64,000 bases of DNA from Octopus vulgaris (lineage: Eukaryota): assembly GCA_951406725.2 (NCBI GenBank), contig OX597825.1, forward strand, positions 64,108,001-64,172,000, given 5' to 3'. Position 1 is the first letter of the stretch. Each line of letters starts with the position of its first letter. Position numbers and translations under genes: made by a program. The notes below the pieces were generated by a model. The model saw only the letters and a program-made list of their open reading frames with translations, was not told the DNA's origin and did not search any database. Positions 53,622 to 64,000 of the stretch are shown here, in pieces.

Positions 53622-53889
53622 ATTATCAAGTGCTTGCAGAAAAAGGGTTCAGCTTCCAAAGACATTCGTGCTCACATTGATTAGGGAATGATGCACCAGC
53701 TTTGTCAACTATGGACATTTTAGGAGGGAAGGGAGAGTTTTGAAGACGACCCAATATATTGACGTCCAGAACCGACGAGGAAAACGTTGATCGTGTTCAC
53801 AACAGATGGCAAGCAATTGACTATAAATCAAAAGGATATTGCTATCAGCACATTCCCCGAGAGAGTTAAGACTATTCTGCAGGAAATCT
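53622..53889 (+). mobile_element. mariner transposase N-terminal fragment, same family as 49668-50885
   Basis: Aligns to 49878-50150 (caagtg...aaaagggttcag...cgacgaggaaaacgttga...gagttaagactattctgcag). Confidence 0.85.
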
Positions 53890-56416
53890 AAGCGTATGAG
53901 GGTCTTAGACAATAGGAAACTTTTACAGACAAATCACTGCAGAGTCCCAAAATTACATAACGTGAGATAAGAGGAAAATATTGTAAATAGGTATAAAACG
54001 TGTTTTCAATAACTGTTATAACTCTTTCCTGTGAACAGGGATACAACAAATTCGAATATGATTGATAGTTCTTTGTAGAAAGGAAAAGCATTAACACGAA
54101 TAAATAAAACTTCAACTAAAATTTTGTAAGAGAATGCGATGCTAAATATCGGCCGCAAATACCCGGTTTGGTTGCATGACAAATAAAATATTATCTTAGA
54201 AGCGTAGAAATGAATTCTGAACTTGAAGGATTATTGAAGACAGTACATGCTTATTTTGTTCCTTTTAGAAATCCTTAATTGTAAGTAATAGGTCAGAATG
54301 CAGTAGCTATAGAGTAAAATATTATGGAGATGATATAACTATAAATTGTCGAGGTCACACAGTCTTAGTTGATGGTGAATGTATATTCAGGAATGATTGA
54401 TTTGAGGGCTTTTTATGCCAGCAGTATGCAATATAGTCAAAAATGAAAAAGTAATATATACAACAAACATCACATTATGAGCCAACAGAAAAATACTTTG
54501 GGAAATGACATACCCCATAAATAAAGGCATCGATATGTATGAATGTATGTATGTATGTGTGTATGTATGCATCTATGTGTGTGTAAAATTACTGCAAAAT
54601 ATATCAGAATACAAAATTGTGGAATAATATGACTCAACAATGAAAGGACAGCAGAGAAAGCCTCAATGAAGAAAATACGCTTATAATGTTTAACAAAGCA
54701 GAAAATAAACAAACAAAACCCTAGTATTACATACGCAGGAAACACTTATGGTGTTGCTTGCTCTCAATATAATAGCAGCGAGAAAATTAACGTAAATGTC
54801 ATATACCCATTGCACACAGTACTGCATTGAGAATATACAATAAAAATAGAGCTACTGAATAAGAATGATAATAATACACATATTTCGCACAAGAGATTAA
54901 AATCGATGCTAATAAAAAGATTTTCTTGAAAAAATGTAGTAAAAGCATTCCACTTTTAAAATTCTTATAGTTACAAATTCCGTTTCATTTTTCCTCACTT
55001 ATCTCAAAAATGTGAATATCAAAATCATTCCTATCACACTATTTGCACTATTTCCAAAACCAAACGCTTACTTAAATATGTTCCATATTACTGATAAGCC
55101 CGCATTTCTATATATTAACATATTTACGCCTGCGGCATTCAGATACGTAAGCAGATCCAGTGAGGTCAAATTTTCGTTGGTACTAATTAAAAAGAAAGAT
55201 TTCTCAAACGTTTCTTTCATCAATACTACACCATTGCGAAATTCCAGGTAATCATATTTAATGCATTGGCTACCACAGAAACTTATAAAAACACATACAC
55301 ACATGTATACACACATGCGATTGCCCAAACACACACACACATATATATCTGTGTGTGTTTGTGGGTATGTTTATGCATGTACTTGCATGTATGCATGATG
55401 TGTAAATACAAACACACATACAAAGCCATGGTACGCATATATGTATATGGGTAGATTACTGCTAAGACACGCATATTCCATCTTCCGTCTTTCATTTGTC
55501 ATATATATATATATATATATATATATACAGGTTTCAGTGTAGAGCGTAAATGGAGGCTGACCAGTGGAATGTGTATGTATCAATCTGATAATTGCACAAC
55601 AGACCAAGAGCATAAAGAAACTGTTAGCAAGTATGAATACAGTTTATATAATATTTGTACTTATTTTGAATATAAGTGCAAATATACTTAAAAGAATTGC
55701 GTGTGTGTGTTTGTGTGTGTGCATGTGTCATGAAATCAGAAAGAGTTAGCCCTACACAATGCCAGGGGTTAAATATAAGCGCTTTGCGTTCCAAAACGGC
55801 ATTCAGTTATGGTAACCCACTTTCAATTTCCGTATATGTTCATAGGTATATATAATCATACACACACATACATACACGCACATACATACACACACATACA
55901 CACATATACATACTCTGATACACACACAAATACGCACGCACATATATACATACATATGCGTAGACATATGCATATAAGCATAGACTTGCATACACACTCA
56001 ATCATACGAGTATACAATTAATCAATGCAACGATATTAGTAACTAACATCCCCATACTGAATCAGGATGGACTAAATAAAACGATACTCAATGACAGAGG
56101 ATGTTAATATACTTGCACAGCTGAGGAAATTATTTAGTGAAACCAGCATCCGAAGATGTAACATATGAACATTACCATACTTTTCGTATTACTGAAAGCA
56201 AGGGAAATGAAGCTTGTGACATTAATAGCCAAAAAATCATTATCTTAATAGCATTACTTATATTCTTGTTACTGGTGATCATTGCAATAAAAATATTAAT
56301 ACAGTTGATATTACCACATCTATTGTATTTCTTCGTAGTCTAGAAATCGTTTGGAATCTCTCACAACAACATTTTGGATACATTATATACCAGCAGAATG
56401 TGATTAAGCCAACGTA

Positions 56417-56565
56417 TTCTTTCTACTCTAGGCACAAGGTCTGAAATTTTTCTTGAGGGGGGCCAGTCGATTAGATCAACCCTAGTAGGCAACTGATACT
56501 TAATCTACCAAGACCAAAAAGATGAAAGGCAGAGTCGACCTCGGCGGAATTGGAACTCAGCACGC
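56417..56565 (-). mobile_element. family A SINE fragment
   Basis: ctttctactctaggcacaagg...gatgaaaggcagagtcgacctcggcggaattggaactcag. Confidence 0.8.
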
Positions 56566-56665
56566 AAATGTCGACTGCTTCTAATGTATTGCAAATATTC
56601 ACAAATAACATTTGTGAATTACTGGCATAGTTTTCATAAAACGCATTCGATTTATCAGCATAGAC

Positions 56666-57962
56666 CAGGGGCCAAAAATCATCTTTCACAGCGGGCCAGA
56701 TAACTGAGAGATGACGGGCGCGGACAGCATGACCATTTTCCACAATACAATACAGCGAATACACGAAAAAAATAAAGACAACCAACATATTTATTTACCG
56801 GAATGTTGTGAAAGAAGGTGAAGCACACCCATTGCGCACATATCCGAATCTCACAAACTAAGCAGCAAAATTGGTTAGTGAGATTTGTGAGGCTGTTGTT
56901 GATATTTTAAGCTATTATCAATATTTGCTTTGGAATTGCTGCATCGATCCAAGAGAATTGCTTTGAAATGATTATTAGTCAACCTCGTTTGATGTATTGA
57001 CTTCACAGACATAAGTTGTTTCAAATACAGATGCCATACCAGAGGCAAATTTCTTCAAATTTGAAAACTCATCATCACGTAAGAAACGAAGCTATTCAAC
57101 AAGTTTTCCTTCTCTCTGCTTCTTTTTCAACGAGTCATCTGCTTTCAAATCAATGAGCACCAACCGTACTTCCACTGACATGACATCAAGTTTACAATCA
57201 AACAGATTCTGAAGCAGAAGAATGTCATTCTCAATGCTGTCGAGATCTGAAAATCTTTCCAAACGATGTTTATTTAAATCACGAATAATTTTCAGCAATT
57301 CGAGGTTAACATATGTGCGATTCCAGCGCTAAGCTCTTCAAACACTGAAAACAAGAGAAGTTTCCTCCTTCTAGTTGCGTTTCAAACAATGATACCCTCC
57401 TCCAAAATTCTTTAATGTTTCTATAGAGATCACAGATAAGATTATCCTTTCCCTAAAGTTCCAGGTTTAATTCATTCATGTGGGATATGATGTCAGCCAA
57501 ACATGACAGTTTTGACAGCCAGGTAGTATCTGACAGATGTGTATTAACTCTATCCTCTCCGGTGAGAAAGTATCTATTTCTCTTCGAAACTTATAAAAAT
57601 GAAAGAAGACTTTATCGCAGCTGAGCAACCCCACTGGTGTGCGATGAGGCAAGTCACAGAATTCAGAATCAATTTCTTCAAGAAAAGCTTGGAATTGGCG
57701 GTGATTAAGGATATGACTCCGAATGAGGTTCACCGCAGAAATGACTGGTTTCAGTACACAAGAAATAACTGTCGTTCCCACAGAGTGCTTGTTGATGTAT
57801 GATGCAGTGTATAAAAGAGTCCCGGAAGATGAAGAGTTTCTATCTTAGTCCTGATCTTACCCACTAGACCCTTTCTCATTCCCGCCATGTATTTTCCTCC
57901 ATCAACGGAAAGACATCGAAGCTGATTCCACTGAAGGTTATAGCCTTGTAAAGTTTTCCCCA
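56666..57962 (-). mobile_element. decayed hAT (Buster/SPIN-like, GTF2IRD2-type) transposon, 3' half
   Basis: LRCLSVDGGKYMAG..GLVG, VNLIRSHILNHRQFQAFLEEIDSEFCDLP, LIDLKADDSLK, NLKKFASGMASVF and C-terminal QQQPHKSH* (stop 56875-56877). hAT-type end cagggg at 56666 preceded by gcatagac. The 5' side is truncated at the (AAT)n tract 57963-58075. Confidence 0.9.
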
Positions 57963-57966
57963 TAAC

Positions 57967-58033
<67 letters not shown>

Positions 58034-59675
58034 TTAATAATAATAATGAAAACAAAATTAATAATAATAATAATAGTACATAAGAAAAAAGTATCAGACA
58101 TGGTTAAGTGGTAAATATGAACATTCAGAGAAAATTTTCTAATGATTGTAAAATTAAGCAAATTAGTGCTATATACCAGTGGTACCTCAAATAACTTCGT
58201 GGCGGTGTATATTGGGCAGGCAAAGAACGAATGGAAAAGTGTTGAACATTCCGAAATATATTATGGTTCAGATGTCAGAACTGTCATCAGAAAGAAACGT
58301 TGAAATATTTAAATCCTAATGCCATTCAATCAGATATGTACGTTCGAAGATTATGTTGGTGTCAGCACAGAGGAATATTTTGAATTGGATCGCTGCCAAT
58401 TCAGATCTGGCAGTATTTCTTGTTTCAAGAGGTAAAAATGCAAATACGGACTCCAAATTTGAGTATCAAAAACGTGTTTTTGCATTTCATGAAATAAATA
58501 CATTATAATGGATCAGAAATTCTAGGACTATTCTCAAAAGAATGATACGACTGAAGAATACCCAGTAATTTTGATTGAATAAATTTCAAGTAAAGTTAGA
58601 TGAATGTAAAACAAGTTACGTACAAGGGAAATAGAATTACACACACTCTGTCACACATACATATATGCATGCGTGTGTAACGATATTCATATCCATATTG
58701 TTAATGCTATTAAAGGGTGAAACCGCAAACCTATAAACGTAAAGAAATAATGATACATGTGGTTTTGTGTATAAGTAAGAATACGATACATGAGAAAATA
58801 GGGAAGCACTTTGATGTCAAATATCAGATGCTGTAATACTATACACATTTGCTCCGAATTTGGAAAAAAAAATATAGCGCTTAAAATATGTGACACGATG
58901 TAATCACACAATATAATCAAATATTTCGAAGACTTAAAAATAAGAAGCTCTAAAACTTCGAAAATGCAAATAGCTGAATTCCAATAAAACACATTCATAA
59001 TTGGCTAATAGAGTGAAAAATGTAACCAAAATTCAAGCATCTTTAATACTGATCGCTCCAACGAAGTCTATTGTTGCAATTAACCATAATCTATTAAGCA
59101 TCATAGAATCACTTCATATTCGCTTCATGAGTGTTTTCTTGTTATTAGCTCATATGGTGCAAGTAGCTTTCGTTTGCTACATAGTCTTGATTTTCTAAAA
59201 ATCTGACAAGCTACAACTGATTAATCATTTTATTGTGTTGTAGTCAGACGTAATTTGTGCTATGTCTGTCTTTAGAAACTTACGTAAGAATACAGATATT
59301 AAACAGGTGCAAATTTTCAAAAGAAATAGTTGATGCAAGTTTTCAAAAACAATAGTTGAGCATGCTTGGTGAGTTATTAATAAAAAATATTTTTTCTAAG
59401 TTTATCGAGATACCTCAAACACATTCGACAATAGATTATGTGCGAGAATCCTGGTAAGATTATTGAATTATTTTTACTTATTGTCTCTGGCTTCTCAGAG
59501 TAATTCGCCTTAATCGTTGCAGTTCAACTCATGACTTTGGTTAGGTATAAGAGCTTTGTATAAGACAACACATTAGGTGTTGTCTCAAGAAAGGAACTTT
59601 TGTAAATAAACGACGACGAGTTGAAATGCTGTTAGGAACCGAGAGATATTTAGTCCTATTCCTGAGATATAATGT

Positions 59676-59918
59676 TTGATTTCGCCCTTTTCTAGCCTAG
59701 CCAGGCTCATGGGCCCGGTTTCCCGGTTTCTGAGGCGTATGTGTTCCCCCCAGGAAAGAAACGGGAAGAGAGAGTGAGAGAAAGTTGTGGCGAAAGTGTT
59801 GGAGCATCGTGGAGCTTTTAGGTGTCTTCGCTCAATAAACACACACAACGTCCGGTCTGGGAATCGAAACCACGATCCTCCGACCGCAAGTACGCTGCCC
59901 TAACCACTAGACCATTGC
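59676..59918 (-). mobile_element. chimeric SINE (family C head + family D tail) with 12-bp TSD
   Basis: 59686-59752 matches the family D tail and 59755-59918 matches the family C head/body. TSD gagatataatgt at 59664-59675 and 59919-59930. Confidence 0.8.
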
Positions 59919-61744
59919 GAGATATAATGTGATGCTGCAAATGTATATAAACGTTCATACTGACGGTGCTTTTTCTCAGAGTTCCCCCTTCAAAAATATG
60001 ACAATATGGTATTTGTGAAACAGGGATACTTTTGAGAGAAACGTGTCGAAAGCACCATTTAGTGGCATCGAATGGAATTCTATATATCCATGACTGTTTT
60101 CACAAAAGCAGAAATAAATAATTGTCTGAAACTTATTTGGTGTAGCAAAGTTGAGTTTGTTCTATAATGTTATGGGAAATCAGACTCTTTATCTTTATTT
60201 GAAGTTCATCTAGTTGACTTAAATTAAACACAACCGTATATATTACTGGTATGTATATCAGTGCCAATAGATAAAGAAAAGGAAAGCATCGGTGAAGGCA
60301 TTTCTAGAAACCTGAAATCAGGTACGAAGTTAACGCAACTAAATGCTGCAAATATATTTGGAAATGACACTTAACAGTTTTTAAGAAATAGTCGGCAGCT
60401 AGCAAATGCAAATCAAATTATCGATAGTCAAGGAAAAATCGATAAAATCTTCAAATATGTACACGATGACACGGCTGCAACCGAGCTACAAAGGCGGAAA
60501 CATTTTAATTCAAAACCGTAATTTAAGTACTAAACCACACCTCTATGTTCTAGCCTTCTCGTTCCATTAGGCTTCATTCGTGCATCCAATATTGTGACTG
60601 ATTTTATAACATGTCGTTCCTATTATTGCTTCTCGTCTAATTCTATTCACAACACGAATCTGCTGCAAATATTTGAAAAGTAGATTTTCATCTACATAAA
60701 GTGTTTCGGATAACATTTTAATAAAATCTATTTGTCATATGAGAATATTTTACTCTCAAACGCAGATAACTATCAGAAGTTTTAGTCTCTTCTTTTAAAT
60801 TTATTAGTAATATTGTATTTTAGTATTAGCCTACAGCACTTATAGACTCTTCACACAGGTGTTAAAGTGCACAGAAGTATATTTTCCTAGTTAGACTACA
60901 CATAGATGATGATTATGATAAAATTTATGAATAGCTAAGGTTGTTGGTAACAGGACCATTCAGTTATCAGTTCGATTTTGAGACTCCGTAATGTTTCACA
61001 GCATACTTGCTGCAAACAGTTCTCGTTTCATAGACAGAGAGTACATTTGGCAGACCAAAGGCTCTTTATACCTCTTCCATAATCTAGAGCTGGAAAACGA
61101 ATGGTTCTATAGATTCTACTGAAGGCATTCGGTGGGGGAATTTTTTGCTAATGCTGGTAGTGATGGCGAAAACCGTTATTATATTACCATGTACACATCG
61201 CACATATAACGTGCTGCTTATATAATGTGCTGCTTATAATATAATTTCAGTTTTATGTATATTACTTGTGATTTTGCATTCATCGCAGTAAAATAAGATG
61301 TATATGCACTGCTTTACTTCTTAATCTTAGCCCTTCTCTGTATGATTTACTTATAGGTAACACGTAAGTATGTGGCGAAATCATCCCTTCTGTACCAGAA
61401 AATCGTAATCGTATGAGAGAAAAAGGTTTGAAGACAAACACAATTCTCGCACACGATTTTCATTAACACTGTTTGTAGTTTTTAAATACTTCCAAATGCG
61501 TTGCATCATAGAAACATCCCCTTAACGAATTGCTAAATCGTAGTGATAAATTAATCAAACTAACTGCATTTAGTTATGACTTTTCCGAATCTCTTAAACG
61601 GCTGAATCGCTTAAATGTCTTTCCACACCCGCAATGTTTTCTCCTGAAGAAAATCCAGTATGCAAAAAAATACACACTTTACTACGCCATTGATAATGTT
61701 AGGACATATATAGACATACGTAGACATACACAGAAATACACGAA

Positions 61745-61900
61745 TTTATATTATATAATTCAGAATATATATTCATATATGTGTGTGTAGTAGATGTTTG
61801 AGGACGTGTGTGAAATGAAGAAAACTATGTAAATGCATATGCGTTTATATATAAATATATGAATAAAAATACATACACATATGTACAGATATATTTATGA

Positions 61901-61964
<64 letters not shown>

Positions 61965-63704
61965 ACACACGTACATATATATATATATATACATTTATAT
62001 GATGCGGTATATGAATGTGTGCGTGTGTTGTCCATATATGTACAATAGGTTTATTAATAAAGACATTTGAGAGTTTAAAACTTTAAGTAGATCTCATCAA
62101 ATACATAAGTAGAACTGTCTATAGTATATAGAAGTATACAGCTGAGTAGAAAGAAGACGTAACGTTCTCTCTTATTGCCAAACTAGAAGTGTCAGTTTTT
62201 AAAACTTATATTTCACAAGGGGAAAAGACATTAACCTTATGTCAGGAATTATCTGAAACGCTTCGATAAGATAACTACAATATAATCTTTATGAATTGGA
62301 GATTGATGCTTCTAATATAAGTTAATATAACTTTATAATTGAAAAGCGGTCAGACACCGAGACTGCTGAATATTAAAGAACAACCTGAAATCAGGGATCC
62401 CTGCGAGATTATTTTGTTAATCTAGCAGACATACATATGAAAACCTTCAAAAATATATCATTACGTTCTTTTGCGTGATCTAAATGTGAGGTTAAGCAGA
62501 AATAATGTAGCATTAAGATAGAATTACTTCCTTTTGGTAAAGTAAACCATTAATGAACCGAGGAACTACTCTTTCTTATATAGAGAGGGTAAGGAGAAAA
62601 TCCATCTTGTATCTGAAAATTTACTTTTTGATGTTACCAACTTAGAATCATTTACGCCGTTTCTTTCGTTTGCATGTTTTTTAAGTATTGTTGTAAGTTG
62701 CATCAAAGTAGATAATGACTTGATTTCATAGCTAGTTTGACCTCTCTGATCTCCAGTCTGGCACCGATGATATGATCCTTTCAACGGAGTTGTAATAGCA
62801 AAGTGCCAGTAAAGAGTAGCCTTCGGCGAATCGGTTTTAGCGAAAAGTAACGCTTGTCAGTAATCTACACCTAATGTACCACTCATAATGAAAATCTGAC
62901 AGAAATTCTAGGTGACTGCCATATTCTATAATATCAAAGTTTTTACAAATTATTCCTTTCACAGAATTATATTGGATAAAGTTCGCTTCGTCTGTTGCTT
63001 CACTTACAATCAATTACGCTTACAATCGACGTCATACCACTGAAACAGAAATGGTTGTATATAGTGCGATCGTATATATATATATAGATAGCTCATTGCA
63101 TATATACACTCTTACCTTCTGACCCTGGAAAGTTGCGATTCAGAATGAAGTGGCTACTTCATGCATGTCAATTTTGCTTGCATTAAATATCATTAACATT
63201 TTCCATTATACATTTTTCATGTATTAGCTTTTATTTATACATTAGATACGAAAGTTGTAATATGTATACCGCTATTGATTGCTTTGAAGAGATGAAAGCA
63301 ACAGGGGAATGGGTACCAACTTCTTACAGACACGTGTATCCATATAGAAGCTTTAAAAATGTCATTTTCATTTACATCTTAGTTTTAGTAAGGTTATTTT
63401 CGAAAAATTAATCAAGCATCAGCAGTTTCTCATTTAGCTCCTTGCTTCTTGCATACGTATATTAATGTTGTTTACCTCAGACTACGCCTTTGTTGATTGG
63501 TTTTTAGTGAAAGGCGTTTCAAAATTCTCAATATCGAACACAGTTTATATCATCTTAAATTGGGAGGATTTATATAATATAAATCAGAATATATATTTAT
63601 ATATGCGTGTGTGGATGTTTGAGGACGTGTGTGAACATGAGGAAAACTATGTAAATGTATATGCATTTTTATTTAAATATATGAATACAGATACACACAC
63701 ATAT
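61745..63704 (+). repeat. diverged ~135-bp direct repeat (61745-61880 and 63569-63704)
   Basis: tcagaatatatatt..gatgtttgaggacgtgtgtgaa.atga.gaaaactatgtaaatg.atatgc occurs twice, about 1.82 kb apart. Confidence 0.85.
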
Positions 63705-63862
63705 ATTTAACTGCTATTTCTAAATTTTGGTTATGTAGTTGAAAGGATATTTGGTTATTATGTCTAGTTGGCTAATTAAGTAATTTTATCGATCTCGATA
63801 TGATGAAATATCATATTATTCTACTATATGTGTGTGTCTTTGTTTATGTGTGTTTATGTATA

Positions 63863-63907
<45 letters not shown>

Positions 63908-64000
63908 GGAGGGGTGTTTGTGTGTGTGTATGTATGTACATAAATATATGCGTACATATATTTATCTATGCATTAGATACTGCTATCTCGCAATACAATC

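Overview
This is AT-rich, microsatellite-dense eukaryotic non-coding DNA (intergenic or intronic). The tRNA-derived SINE families and the (TA)n/(CA)n load point to an octopus (coleoid cephalopod) genome; that is inferred from repeat recognition and not verified. No intact protein-coding gene, rRNA, true tRNA or CRISPR array can be supported, and nearly all listed ORFs are microsatellite or SINE read-throughs. The window contains more than 30 SINE copies or fragments from at least four families, several with clean target-site duplications (TSDs). It also holds decayed DNA transposons: a near full-length mariner at 49.7-50.9 kb plus fragments, a hAT/Buster (GTF2IRD2-like) transposase remnant at 56.7-58.0 kb and a possible Harbinger fragment. 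A decayed Penelope-like reverse transcriptase lies at 43.5-44.4 kb. The most notable observations are: a complete minimal type-I hammerhead ribozyme core (minus strand, 13085-13154) inside a microsatellite-embedded Penelope-like repeat; a near-identical 2-kb tandem duplication bracketing a young SINE (20008-24229); a GC-rich 61-bp minisatellite whose units each contain hairpins (36182-36627); a CpG-rich structured 140-bp block (14711-14852); a 133-bp fold-back hairpin (46553-46685); and a chimeric SINE flanked by one TSD (59676-59918).
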